From: a virus
IMG/VR virus record: IMGVR_UViG_3300019458_000022
DNA: 64,000 nt
Direction: 5' to 3' (one strand)
Part shown: positions 27,092 through 36,461 of the stretch, one piece after another
Layout of the letters: the number at the start of each line of letters is the position of its first letter
Position numbering within the stretch: position 1 is the first letter of the stretch
The notes under the pieces: generated by a model
What the model saw: the letters and a program-made list of their open reading frames with translations, nothing else
Told to the model about the DNA's origin: nothing
Databases searched by the model: none
Translations under genes and position numbers: made by a program

Positions 27092-27291
27092 GGTTGCCGA
27101 TCTCTGCCCCGGAACCGCCTCTTCTCTTCGTCGGCGACGACTGCGGCCTCGCATTCCCGGTGCCCGTACCGATACCGGCCCCCGGCCTGGATCAGCCGGT
27201 TGGTCTTGCCGCCGCAGACACAGTAGCCCTCCTGGCGACGCCGGAGGCGCCGGAGCGCGAACGGGAGCGACATCGCCTGGAATCGCCTCAT
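27088..27291 (-). CDS. small Zn-finger protein
   Basis: YCVCG...GHREC. Confidence 0.5.
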   Translation of the reverse strand: MRRFQAMSLPFALRRLRRRQEGYCVCGGKTNRLIQAGGRYRYGHRECEAAVVADEEKRRFRGRDRQP

Positions 27292-27320
27292 GAAGCTGCG
27301 GGGCGTTCGACCTCCCCCTC

Positions 27321-27884
27321 CTATACGTGGGCCATCCCGCAGTCCTTGCAAAGGACCGCGCCCGCGACCGGTAGGTATCGCGCGCTTCGGCCGCAGCCCG
27401 GACATGGACGCTCCCGTTCCTCCACGAGACGCTTGTCGTTCGCCCAGGCGATGGACGTGGGGTTTCTCCGCTTCCTGGCCCATCTTCCGCGGACAAACTC
27501 CCGCACATAATACGAACCCTTGTCCTCCCCGTTCAAGGCGCCCGCGAGGATGCCTGAAAGGACGAGGAGCGGCGATGCCGCGATCACGAGCGGCGCGGCC
27601 AGGAGCCCCTTGAGACCGTCCCAGGCGCTGAGATGCCCCGGGGAGCCGTCCGCCCCGCGCCCGCGAGCGTCCCTGATCTCGCCGAGCATCCAGAGCGCGG
27701 CGCCGATGTAGGCGACGATCCCGAGCGCGCCCCCCAGGGACCAGAAGGCCCACTTCGGACCCGTGATCCCGAGGAGCGAGACCTCCTCCTGGCTGACGAG
27801 GCCGTGCGTGAGAACGATGCCGGAGAAGAGGATTCCGAGGACAGCCGATACGACCGCGACCCTGAAAAGACCCGAGATCTTCAT
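27321..27884 (-). CDS. membrane protein (3 TM) with C-terminal Zn ribbon
   Basis: hydrophobic segments; CPGC...CKDC. Confidence 0.7.
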   Translation of the reverse strand: MKISGLFRVAVVSAVLGILFSGIVLTHGLVSQEEVSLLGITGPKWAFWSLGGALGIVAYIGAALWMLGEIRDARGRGADGSPGHLSAWDGLKGLLAAPLVIAASPLLVLSGILAGALNGEDKGSYYVREFVRGRWARKRRNPTSIAWANDKRLVEERERPCPGCGRSARYLPVAGAVLCKDCGMAHV

Positions 27885-28303
27885 GCCGTACCTCCTTCAT
27901 GATTCGATGTTTCTTCGGAAGCGGGCTTCTGTCGGACCTTTGTGTATTCCTTGCCCCATCCCCGTACGATGACGTTCTCCGGCGCCAAGCACGACCCCCA
28001 GAAGATCGGCTTCCGGTACTCCGGACGGGCCTGGCCGACCGGGAAGAGCGGCACGCTCATGAGAAGCATGAGCGGGATCGCCAGGAACTCGGTGCCGGTC
28101 CGGTCGAAGAACCGGATCTTGTCCATGCTGTTGGCCTTGCCGGAGACCTCGACCGAGACCGTGGTCACGAGGTCGATCTGCCGGGGGATCTTGATGTCGA
28201 ACTGGCCTTTCCCCTCGAAGATCATGTAATACTCGGTCTTGAGGACGTAGACGGCGATGGCCTTTTTCGGATCGGCCGGGGGCGCGGTTCTTTCGTCGGG
28301 CAT
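27881..28303 (-). CDS. hypothetical beta-rich protein
   Basis: overlap packing. Confidence 0.6.
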   Translation of the reverse strand: MPDERTAPPADPKKAIAVYVLKTEYYMIFEGKGQFDIKIPRQIDLVTTVSVEVSGKANSMDKIRFFDRTGTEFLAIPLMLLMSVPLFPVGQARPEYRKPIFWGSCLAPENVIVRGWGKEYTKVRQKPASEETSNHEGGTA

Positions 28304-28306
28304 CGG

Positions 28307-28651
28307 CTACGCTCCTTCGCCCCATGGGGGGTTCTTGGCCTCCGCTTTGTCCGGGAAGTTCTCCTTCCGGGCCTCGTCGATCATGCGGTTGACGTGCGCG
28401 ACTTCGGCTTCGTACTTGCCGCGCTTCATGGTGTCGGTCAGCTTCTGGAGCCACGAGGACGCACGGGGACCGTCTCGGCCGGTGCATGGTTTCGGCCAGA
28501 TCCCGCCGAAGACGGGCCAACAGGTAGCCTCGGCCTCAAACCCGGCCGCGAACAGGACCGCCTGGACGGCCTTGACCCGGTCCTCATCGGGATGTCCATG
28601 GTCCTGGATCGCGAAGTACACGAAGGCCGCTCCTGGACTTGGGGTTGTCAT
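28307..28651 (-). CDS. hypothetical protein
   Basis: ATG overlapping upstream TGA. Confidence 0.6.
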   Translation of the reverse strand: MTTPSPGAAFVYFAIQDHGHPDEDRVKAVQAVLFAAGFEAEATCWPVFGGIWPKPCTGRDGPRASSWLQKLTDTMKRGKYEAEVAHVNRMIDEARKENFPDKAEAKNPPWGEGA

Positions 28652-29103
28652 GCGGAGCCCCTCGCGCACGCCTGGACTTCCGACGCGAAGCGCTCGCCGC
28701 AGGTCTCGTCGATCTCCTCGTCCTTTTCGATCTCGATGACGACCGAGATCCCGATCTTGAGCGAGAAGACGAGGTCTCCTTTCGGGACCGGCTGCTCGCA
28801 GAGCAGGCAATCCTTGCCCTTGGACTTCCGGAGGGAGAGCTTGTAGGCGCCGTCCACCTTCTTCCGGCTGAGGATGGCTTGCGCCATTTCCTGTCCGCAC
28901 GCGATATGGATCTCCTCGTTCTTCGGGATCTTGATCAGACCGAGCCCCAGCGGATTCAGGCTCATCCGGAGGTTGAAGACGTCCTGGCCCGCGGCGATCC
29001 CCTCCTTGCAGAGGAGGCATGCCTTGGACCCGGACGCCGTCCTCCGGTCAAGCCGATAGAGGGGTTCGCCCACCCGGATCTTGCCCTCGCACGCGCCGAT
29101 CAT
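28648..29103 (-). CDS. tandem PARP-type-like Zn-finger protein
   Basis: two repeats: KACLLCKEGIAAG...IHIAC and KDCLLCEQPVPKG...IDETC. Confidence 0.7.
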   Translation of the reverse strand: MIGACEGKIRVGEPLYRLDRRTASGSKACLLCKEGIAAGQDVFNLRMSLNPLGLGLIKIPKNEEIHIACGQEMAQAILSRKKVDGAYKLSLRKSKGKDCLLCEQPVPKGDLVFSLKIGISVVIEIEKDEEIDETCGERFASEVQACARGSA

Positions 29104-29120
29104 ACCCGCGACTGACTCAC

Positions 29121-29138
29121 ACAGATTTTAACACCTGT
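29121..29138. promoter_or_regulatory. palindromic operator 3 over promoter TTGACG-N16-TAAAAT (minus)
   Basis: ACAGATTTTAACACCTGT. Confidence 0.7.
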
Positions 29139-29166
29139 GCGAGCCGCGTCAAGGGCTATCGGCGCG

Positions 29167-29817
29167 CTACTTCTTGTGCTCGATCTTCGGGAAGAGCTTG
29201 TCGGCGAGGATCAGGTCCACGCGCTCCCGGACGTCGCGGTTCAGGTTCGGGAGCTTCCGGATCTGCTCGGCCATCCGACGCCCCTCGAAGTGCCTGCGGT
29301 TCGCCGAGAACGTCCCCTTGTGGATCTCGTAGGCCACCCGCGAAAGGTCGTCCAGATCGCCCACGAGCGGCGAGAGCGTCGTCGGGTCCACGAGCCCGGA
29401 GATGTAGTAGACCTCCTTGCCGTCGTCGAGCGTGAGCTTGATGAAGCACGCCTTCGCGCCCTGGGGCGCGTAGAACTTGTCCAGGTGTGCTCTGAAGCTC
29501 TCGATGGTGCTCCGGAGGCGGTTCTTGGCCTTCTTCTTCGCCGCCTTGCAGAGCGTGTCGATGGCCTCATCGTCGCGCTTGTACTGGCGCGCGATCTCCT
29601 TCACTCGGTCGCTGTAGGTGTCCGCCAGGCCGAGCTTCTTGAAAAGCTCGTCCTCGGTGAGCATGCCGCCCGCCTTGCCCATCGCGTGCTCGACGATGAT
29701 CGTCCGGCCCGATCCGTTCCGGGCCTTCTCCGGATTGGGATCGGTCCGGAAGAGCTTGTCTAGATCCTCATGCAGACAGGACTTCCGCTCCTTGACCGCC
29801 ACTGCCGTGCGCACCAT
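29167..29817 (-). CDS. hypothetical protein
   Basis: AGGAGGAG RBS before ATG 29817. Confidence 0.7.
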   Translation of the reverse strand: MVRTAVAVKERKSCLHEDLDKLFRTDPNPEKARNGSGRTIIVEHAMGKAGGMLTEDELFKKLGLADTYSDRVKEIARQYKRDDEAIDTLCKAAKKKAKNRLRSTIESFRAHLDKFYAPQGAKACFIKLTLDDGKEVYYISGLVDPTTLSPLVGDLDDLSRVAYEIHKGTFSANRRHFEGRRMAEQIRKLPNLNRDVRERVDLILADKLFPKIEHKK

Positions 29818-30538
29818 GTTTCTCCTCCTTGCCCTGAACTTCTCCACCCTCCACCACCTTGGCGGGGGCGTCGATGATCGGAATGGTCGTGTCCGTCGCC
29901 TGGACGTGGGTCTTGATCTGCTCGACGTAGCCCTGCACGATCCGGTCCACGGCCTCGAACGTCTCCTTGGTCGTATGCCGGGTCTTCCACGCCTCGTCGA
30001 AGAGGCGCTCGCTGATCTCGTTCCCGACGAGCGGGGATTGGGGCATGAAGCTCACGATCTTTGCGAGGAGCGCCCGGTACTCGAACCCCAACTCCACGAG
30101 GCGGTTCAGCATCTTGTGCCAGGCGTTCTGAGCGTCCCGGGAAGGCGCCTTCGGCTCCTCGATCGTCCCGTCCACGATCGCGAATGCGGTCGCGATCGCG
30201 GTGCCCTTCCGGATGAGGTCCCGGATGACGCGGAGCTTCGTCCGCGTGTACCCCTTCCGGATCGCCTCCTGGAGGATGAAGCTCTTCTGGCCGTTCTTGA
30301 GCTTGGTCGTGGCCAGGAACGTGACCGTCTTCATGGAGACTTTTCCGTCCCGGATCTTCTCCAGGACGTCCATCGGGAACTCGGCGATGGCCACGTATTG
30401 CTTCATCGTGTGCCACGAAATGCCGTGCTTCTCCGCCAGACGCTTCGTCTTCTGCTCCCGGTTCACGCCGACCATGGCGTCCGATTCGAGCTTGAATTGG
30501 ATCAATTGCTCCGGGGTGATCACGGCCTTGAAAGGCAT
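29768..30538 (-). CDS. ParB/Spo0J-type HTH domain protein lacking the CTPase domain
   Basis: RLAEKHGISWHTMKQYVAIAEFPMDVLEKIRDGKVS. Confidence 0.6.
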   Translation of the reverse strand: MPFKAVITPEQLIQFKLESDAMVGVNREQKTKRLAEKHGISWHTMKQYVAIAEFPMDVLEKIRDGKVSMKTVTFLATTKLKNGQKSFILQEAIRKGYTRTKLRVIRDLIRKGTAIATAFAIVDGTIEEPKAPSRDAQNAWHKMLNRLVELGFEYRALLAKIVSFMPQSPLVGNEISERLFDEAWKTRHTTKETFEAVDRIVQGYVEQIKTHVQATDTTIPIIDAPAKVVEGGEVQGKEEKHGAHGSGGQGAEVLSA

Positions 30539-31860
30539 CAGACTTTCTCCTCTCCCGCGACGGCCTGGCGCGCCTCGAACTCCTGAGCGTCCTCCGGACG
30601 CGGTTTCCGGAGGAGGAGGGCCATCTGCTGCACCGTGAACGACTTCATGGTCTCCCAGGCGAAGTACGACCACTCGTGTTCCGAGAATGCCTGGTAGTGG
30701 TCGAGCATCTTGTCGAGGTTGCCGTTTTCCGGCGATAGCCCGAGCTTCGCCAGGATCGCCTTCGCCGCGAACCGGTCGAATTCCCCGCCCGGGATCAGCT
30801 TCTCGAACGCCTTCATCCCGTCCGTCCTGGAATCGAGCGAGGGGACGCGCCCGAGCGCCTGCCTGAGTTCGAACGCGCTTTCGAGAACCGTGGGCGCTGC
30901 GGCTTCTCCGTTAGTCGGCTTCTTCCTGTAGTCGCGGCCGTGGGCGGGCAGGGGCTTCACCGGCTGAAGCTGGTGCTCGGTGAAGTATTTGAGCTTGAGG
31001 GTGCCGTCTTCACCTTCGATGAGGACGCCCCGCTCGATCGCCATGAGGACAAGCCTGCGATAGGCTTCCAGCGACTTGGGCCCGTCCTCATTCCAGAATT
31101 CCTTGAAGCAGGCCAGGATCTTCGCGAGTCCATAGCGCCCTGGGAATTCGCGGACCGGGAGCGACGGAAGGAGTTCGATGAGCTTCTCTCGCGGGGACTT
31201 TTCTTCGGGTTGCGCGGCCTTCGGCTCGTACTTGTACCCCAGGCCGAGGATCTGGATCTTCGTGTCGCCTTCGTACCGGAAGTAGCGGGACAGGTGGCAC
31301 TTGGGAAGGAGTTCCTGCAACTGCTTTCGGTCGATGCCCACGCTCTCGCAGATGAGATCGAACGAGGCTTCCTTGTCGAGGATTTCTCCGGGTTCTCCGA
31401 GCGCCTTGAATGCGTCCCGGAGTTGCATCCAATAGGCGTTCCAGAGTTCGTCGATCGAGATTCCGACCGAGGACATATCATCGGAAGGAGCAGCGACGGG
31501 CGGCGGCATCTGGCTCGCGTTGGCGGGCGGAGCTTCGTTGCCTTTCCGCACAAGAAACTTGGCCTCGACGAGCCTGGGCAGGATGTAGTTCCCGGTCTGA
31601 ACAGGGAGAAGAGGGATGCCTGCTTTCTGCGCCCCGGCCCGCGCCTCGGCCCACTGCGGGGGACCGATCCAGCGGGTGATCGGGATGACGGCGTCGTAGC
31701 CGACAAGGGAGGGCGGGAACGTGGAGGCGTCCCGGGTGATGTGGTTGACGTCGCAGATCTCGGAAAGGTCCGGGGGGAGATTCCTCGGTTCGGCCCCGAC
31801 AATCAGGAGCTTGAGCATGCGTCCCTTGGTCGATTCGTAGCTCTTGGCCCCGATCCTCAT
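30538..31860 (-). CDS. hypothetical protein, N-terminal DUF2325-like Rossmannoid domain
   Basis: KLLIVGAEP...DAVIPITRWIG...AQKAGIPLL; start uncertain. Confidence 0.6.
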   Translation of the reverse strand: MRIGAKSYESTKGRMLKLLIVGAEPRNLPPDLSEICDVNHITRDASTFPPSLVGYDAVIPITRWIGPPQWAEARAGAQKAGIPLLPVQTGNYILPRLVEAKFLVRKGNEAPPANASQMPPPVAAPSDDMSSVGISIDELWNAYWMQLRDAFKALGEPGEILDKEASFDLICESVGIDRKQLQELLPKCHLSRYFRYEGDTKIQILGLGYKYEPKAAQPEEKSPREKLIELLPSLPVREFPGRYGLAKILACFKEFWNEDGPKSLEAYRRLVLMAIERGVLIEGEDGTLKLKYFTEHQLQPVKPLPAHGRDYRKKPTNGEAAAPTVLESAFELRQALGRVPSLDSRTDGMKAFEKLIPGGEFDRFAAKAILAKLGLSPENGNLDKMLDHYQAFSEHEWSYFAWETMKSFTVQQMALLLRKPRPEDAQEFEARQAVAGEEKV

Positions 31861-31882
31861 AACCGCTCCTACGACCCCTCTC

Positions 31883-32131
31883 CTATCCCTGTGACGAGGA
31901 TTCTGCGCCGCGCGCAAGAATCTCGACCTCTTTTTGGTTCGCGGCGAGCACCGTCTTCTCGTCCATGAGGTTGCAGGAACAGCCCGAGGGTTCGATCGCG
32001 TGCATAACCCCACGGGCCGCGCAGCCCTCATCCATGATGAGCTTGAGGAGCTTCCGGTAGACCGCCTCGGCGTTCTCCGGTTGAGCTTCCTTGTTGGGGA
32101 CCTCGAAGACGAAGTTCGCATGGAAAAGCAT
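31883..32131 (-). CDS. hypothetical protein
   Basis: GAGGGAA RBS. Confidence 0.55.
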   Translation of the reverse strand: MLFHANFVFEVPNKEAQPENAEAVYRKLLKLIMDEGCAARGVMHAIEPSGCSCNLMDEKTVLAANQKEVEILARGAESSSQG

Positions 32132-32471
32132 CGTTCCCTCTGTCTTATCTAGTGAGCGACCCGTCCGCCCGGCATGCTCCGAAAAACTTCCAACCGCTTG
32201 ATGGTCAAGGGATTATTTCCGAAGCGTCCCCTGCAATCCACCCAACGTGCCGCATCTGCAAGGACTCGTGTAAGGAGTGGTGTAGCCTGGAGCGAGGGTT
32301 GGGAGGATGTCTCAAGGTTGGGAGCATGGGCCTTGGATTTCGCGGGAAAGCGGCCGGAGGGATACCGCGGGGAAAGGATCGGCGCGCGCATGGAACGTTC
32401 AATCACGATCGTTCTCGGATGGACCCGCGATGTCAGAACTCCCGCCTCGATCCCAGTCGTTGCATGGGTGA

Positions 32472-32500
32472 ATGATACCGTACGTGTGCCACGATTGCAA
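32472..32500 (-). promoter_or_regulatory. sigma70 promoter TTGCAA-N17-TATCAT with a TGGCACACG box in the spacer
   Basis: minus strand TTGCAATCGTGGCACACGTACGGTATCAT. Confidence 0.5.
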
Positions 32501-32572
32501 GCGATTTTCGCGACGTGAAGCGCGCGGAACCCGTGCTTCCCGAGGGCCTCCTGACTGCCCGAAAACCCCATC

Positions 32573-33940
32573 CTACCCCTCCACCCGGGTCTCGGCCGTG
32601 GGCGCGCTCACCGGACGCGCCGGGAGGGCCGGGGTGTCCGGGATGTCGGAGATCGCCTCCTCGAACCGCTCCTTCTTGGCCTGGTGCTCGTTCCGGACGT
32701 CGAGCGCGGCGTCCACGAGGAACGGGACGGGCAGCATGAGGACGTTGTTCGAGGTGAGCCTGGGGTCTTCGAGCGCGCGGATGACCGCGCGCTTGACGGA
32801 TTCGTAGACATGGGCGCCAGAGTGGCCCGCCAGCATGTTCCCGATGGCCTCCCAGGATTGGTGCGTATGGTCCTTCCACTGGTAGCCCTTGCAGAAGCGC
32901 TTGACCATGAGCAGGACCAGGTTCTTGTCCGGGTTCTCGAACCGAAGCTCCTTGTCGAAGCGGCCGGGCCGGTCGATGAGCGCCCGCTCCATCTTCTCGG
33001 GGAAGTTCGTGGTCATGATCGTAAGGACGTTCTCCAGATCCTCGATGCCGTCAAGCTGATTGAAGATCTCGCCCATGACCGCGGAGCGGTTCCCCGTCTT
33101 CCGGTCTTCGACGTAGAGGTCGGCATCCTCGAAAAGGAGGATGGTCGGCGCCAGATCCCTGGCCATCCGGAAGACCTCCCGGACCTTCCCGGCATCGGAC
33201 AGATCCTTCGATGTGACCCAGATGAACGTGACCGCGACCTGGGACGCGAGGACTTTTGCCGCGAGCGTCTTCCCGGTGCCCGGCGGACCGGAGAAGAGGA
33301 CGCCCTTTTTGGTCTTGAGTCCATATCGCCGGTAGAGGTCGAGCTTCTGGACGAACCCGGCAACGTGATCGCCGAGGTACGCCTTCGTCTCGTCCGGGAC
33401 GATGAGGTCGTCCCAGGTGTAGTTCCCGATCTTGAGGAAACGACCCTGAGGGTCGATCTTCTTTCCGCGGAGTTGGTTGTTCTTCTTGCAGTAGAGCCGG
33501 ATGGCGTCCAGGAGATCCCTGCCCATCTTCGCCTGCTCGGACCTGGTCCACACGCGCATCCAAAGCCCGCGCTCGATCCGGCGAAGCTCGACCACGCAGG
33601 GGGTGGTCGCGGCCGTCCCGAGAAGGAGGAGCCCTTCGTCGAGCACCTGTTCGTGTTGACCCGGGAGCACTTCGACGTACTTGTAGACGTTCGTCTTCTC
33701 GGAATACTCGGGCGGCAGCGGGAGCGCCGAATAGCCGGACGACGGCGAACGGATGATGTTGTAGAGACCGATGCAGGCCAGGTTCCGGTGATGGGGGCCG
33801 AAGGTGAACTCGGCGACGGCGATCCCGGACAGGCTCTCCTCCTCGGTCAGGCTCTTGTTCTTCATGAACTCGCGGAAGAACCCGCGGTCCATGAACTTCC
33901 GGAGAAGAGCGACCCCTTCGTTCTTCGGAGCATCGGCCAT
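32573..33940 (-). CDS. AAA+ ATPase (classic Cdc48/FtsH-like clade)
   Basis: GPPGTGKT, LLFEDAD, IMTTN, RPGRFD. Confidence 0.9.
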   Translation of the reverse strand: MADAPKNEGVALLRKFMDRGFFREFMKNKSLTEEESLSGIAVAEFTFGPHHRNLACIGLYNIIRSPSSGYSALPLPPEYSEKTNVYKYVEVLPGQHEQVLDEGLLLLGTAATTPCVVELRRIERGLWMRVWTRSEQAKMGRDLLDAIRLYCKKNNQLRGKKIDPQGRFLKIGNYTWDDLIVPDETKAYLGDHVAGFVQKLDLYRRYGLKTKKGVLFSGPPGTGKTLAAKVLASQVAVTFIWVTSKDLSDAGKVREVFRMARDLAPTILLFEDADLYVEDRKTGNRSAVMGEIFNQLDGIEDLENVLTIMTTNFPEKMERALIDRPGRFDKELRFENPDKNLVLLMVKRFCKGYQWKDHTHQSWEAIGNMLAGHSGAHVYESVKRAVIRALEDPRLTSNNVLMLPVPFLVDAALDVRNEHQAKKERFEEAISDIPDTPALPARPVSAPTAETRVEG

Positions 33941-33941
33941 C

Positions 33942-34271
33942 CTATTTCCCCTTCTCCTTCCCCAGGAACGCGCGGTATTCGGCGAGGCTGTCCCTCATGA
34001 ACTCCAGGTCGGAACTATCCTTGCGACAAGCGACAAAAAGGACCCCTCCGACCAGGAACATGGCGCCGGAAACCGGAACGAACCAGACGTTCCTGTCGTT
34101 TGCCCAGAACATTCCCGCGAGTCCCACGATTACGGCTCCGAGCAGGAACGCCGCGCATCCTACGGCCAGAAGACGCGCGCGCAGCACCTTCCGGAAGAGC
34201 CGCCGGGAGAGGTCTCCTTCCTCCTCCTGGACCCGATGGAGGCGTTGCTCGCGCGGAAGAAGGAATCGCAT
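33942..34271 (-). CDS. small 2-TM membrane protein
   Basis: two hydrophobic segments. Confidence 0.6.
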   Translation of the reverse strand: MRFLLPREQRLHRVQEEEGDLSRRLFRKVLRARLLAVGCAAFLLGAVIVGLAGMFWANDRNVWFVPVSGAMFLVGGVLFVACRKDSSDLEFMRDSLAEYRAFLGKEKGK

Positions 34272-34280
34272 ACGCTAATC

Positions 34281-34685
34281 TTAGCGGTCCGGCTTCCCGT
34301 GGACAAGCCTCGGCACGTCCGGCGAACGGGAGACGATCTCCCGATCGACTCTCCGTGCCAGCAGCGGCTCCAGCTTCTCTGAGATCTCCTGGCTCAGGTC
34401 GCGCGTCACTTCCGCCCCGACCCTATCCCGCACCTGGAGGTAGATGGCGTCGATGATGTCGCGCATCCCCTTCTCCGCCGTCGCCCGGCGACGCCAATCG
34501 CGGGCGCGCTTCGGCCACGGATTCGAATCTCCCTTGAGAAGGAGGATGAAGGGCATCGTATCCGGGGTGACCGGGATCTCGAAGTTGTGCCCCATGCACA
34601 TGACCTTGACGACACCCGTCATGCGGGAGGCGAGATCCGGGGACGCCCACCAAGGGGCCTTGCCGTTTCGTTTCGCGCGGGACAT
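34281..34685 (-). CDS. hypothetical protein
   Basis: ORF track; packing. Confidence 0.65.
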   Translation of the reverse strand: MSRAKRNGKAPWWASPDLASRMTGVVKVMCMGHNFEIPVTPDTMPFILLLKGDSNPWPKRARDWRRRATAEKGMRDIIDAIYLQVRDRVGAEVTRDLSQEISEKLEPLLARRVDREIVSRSPDVPRLVHGKPDR

Positions 34686-34739
34686 CGGTCAGGCTTCCTT
34701 TCTCTGTGCGCGTCCGACCGGCGCGCAGCCGGAGATTCC

Positions 34740-35063
34740 TCAGCCCTTCGGCGTCTCAACCGCCGTCTTGTCCGCGGCCTTGAGAGCCGCCCGCCCCTCG
34801 TCGCTCACCGCGTACCCATCCTCGTCATGGTGTACGCCCCGGAACTGTTGACGAACGTACCCCAGTCGGGCAAGTTTCCCCAGGTAGCCTCCACCGGCGA
34901 GCGACATTCCGCCTCCACGGTGGACTCCCTTAGGGCCGCAGCGGGTATGCCGACGCCAGCCCTGGCTTTCAGGCCACATCGCCCTGGCAAAAGCGGTCGG
35001 GCGAATGATCCCGGCTTTCTTCACGACCTCAAGGGCTCGGATCTGGTTGGGCGTTAGATCCAC
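34740..35063 (-). CDS. winged-helix-like hypothetical protein
   Basis: LTPNQIRALEVV...YLGKLARLGYV...YAVSDEGRAAL; GTG start. Confidence 0.6.
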   Translation of the reverse strand: MDLTPNQIRALEVVKKAGIIRPTAFARAMWPESQGWRRHTRCGPKGVHRGGGMSLAGGGYLGKLARLGYVRQQFRGVHHDEDGYAVSDEGRAALKAADKTAVETPKG

Positions 35064-35068
35064 CTGGC

Positions 35069-35209
35069 CTACTTCCGGACCTCGTCCTTCTGTTCCTCCA
35101 TGATCTTGCGGCAGTCGCCGCAATACTTCTGCTTGCCCACGGCCACGAAACCGTGCTGGCACATCGCGCAGAAACGCGGACGTTTCCGTTGGCTCGGCTT
35201 CGCAGCCAT
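35069..35209 (-). CDS. small Zn ribbon
   Basis: CAMC...KYCGDC; GGAGG RBS. Confidence 0.6.
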   Translation of the reverse strand: MAAKPSQRKRPRFCAMCQHGFVAVGKQKYCGDCRKIMEEQKDEVRK

Positions 35210-35223
35210 CGGGGACCTCCCTT

Positions 35224-35862
35224 CTAGCCGTGGACTCCTGACTGGCCTTGCGCCTTCGTGACGCCTTGACCGTCGTTCTGGCCAGACCTCGTTACTCTCC
35301 GGTCCTCCCGGCACAGCAGACAATCGGTTCCGGATTCCGGGCCATGTACGGGATGCGCCATCACTTCCTTGAACAGCTTGACGTACGCCTCGTCGTCCTG
35401 GCGCTTCCGGGTAAGATACTGCACGCCCGCGATGATCCCCGCGCCGACGATGCCTGAAAGAATGGCCTCCAAGAATGAACCACTGTTCGGCCGCGTGGGG
35501 TCTCCAGGCTCCCCTTTTTCGCCGGGCTCTCCTTTGGGGCATCCCTGAGGCCCCGGCGGTCCATGGACGGGATCGACCGGCGCCGCAGGTCTCTCAACCG
35601 ATGCTTCAGAATAGCCCAAGCGTCCCCACTTCCCCCTGGCCGGGCGCCGGACAAGAATGCCGTAACGCTTCGTTTCTTCGAGAAGAAGCTCTGCCTTGTC
35701 CCGTTCCTCCTTTGCCTTGAGTCGCTCCTTGCGGGCTTCCTCGCGGATCGCGTAGGCGCGGGCGCGGTACCGGCGCCCGATCCAGAGGTAGATCAAGGAG
35801 ACGAGGACGAAGACGGCCGCGCCGCCCAGGATCACGTTCTCCGCCGTCAGGGTCACGGTCAT
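35224..35862 (-). CDS. membrane protein with short Gly-X-Y stretch
   Basis: N-terminal TM, GPPGPQG/GEPGEKGEPG, second TM. Confidence 0.65.
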   Translation of the reverse strand: MTVTLTAENVILGGAAVFVLVSLIYLWIGRRYRARAYAIREEARKERLKAKEERDKAELLLEETKRYGILVRRPARGKWGRLGYSEASVERPAAPVDPVHGPPGPQGCPKGEPGEKGEPGDPTRPNSGSFLEAILSGIVGAGIIAGVQYLTRKRQDDEAYVKLFKEVMAHPVHGPESGTDCLLCREDRRVTRSGQNDGQGVTKAQGQSGVHG

Positions 35863-36461
35863 GCCGTCTCCTTCATCAACTCGCGCTTTCGGCTTGCGAG
35901 AAGATCGGCCGCCCGCTCGTACAGGCTCGTGAACGCCTGCTTCGCCTCATCCGACGCCTTCGACCGTTCGTGGGCGTCGTGGAGCACCGAGAGCGTATCG
36001 GTCCACTTCGCGATGACGCGCTCCTCGAAATCCGGCCTCGCGCGCGCCACGGCATCCCCCAGGGACATCAGGTTGTGGAGGAGATCGGCGAGCTTGACGA
36101 TCCGAACGCGCTCGGATGCGGTCGAAAGCGTCTCCCGGTACAACCTCAGCGCATCTTCCTCCGGAATCCGGTGATCAAGGGAAAGCTGTCCGACGATGTT
36201 GGCGACCTCAGCGCCGAAGCGGTCGTTCAGCTTGTTCCAGGTCGTGCCGGTATCCTCGATCGTGTCGTGGAGGTAGGCCGCCGCCACGACGATCGGGTCA
36301 GGGAAGACCTCCGCGACGAACCTCGCGACGCCCTCGACATGCGTGAAATACGGCGTCTTCCCGTCAAGCCGCTTCTGGTGCGCGTGCTTCGTACGCGCGA
36401 ACTCGGCCGCCTTCTTGACGATGGCGTCTTCCAGGACGGGCAGCGTCCTATCGTCGTTCAC
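35859..36461 (-). CDS. Mesh1/SpoT-type HD-domain hydrolase-like protein 2
   Basis: KHAHQKR...PYFTHV, AAYLHDTIEDT, VKLADLLHN; GTG overlapping upstream TGA. Confidence 0.85.
   Translation of the reverse strand: MNDDRTLPVLEDAIVKKAAEFARTKHAHQKRLDGKTPYFTHVEGVARFVAEVFPDPIVVAAAYLHDTIEDTGTTWNKLNDRFGAEVANIVGQLSLDHRIPEEDALRLYRETLSTASERVRIVKLADLLHNLMSLGDAVARARPDFEERVIAKWTDTLSVLHDAHERSKASDEAKQAFTSLYERAADLLASRKRELMKETA

Noticed and set aside
27881-28303. Resemblance of IPRQIDL to NCLDV capsid IPRxGDL
   Set aside because: Too short a match; protein only 140 aa
32573-33940. AAA+ protein as the sigma54 activator
   Set aside because: No GAFTGA loop or C-terminal HTH; classic-clade motifs
35490-35570. Collagen-like tail fibre
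   Set aside because: Only about 6 interrupted Gly-X-Y triplets in a membrane protein
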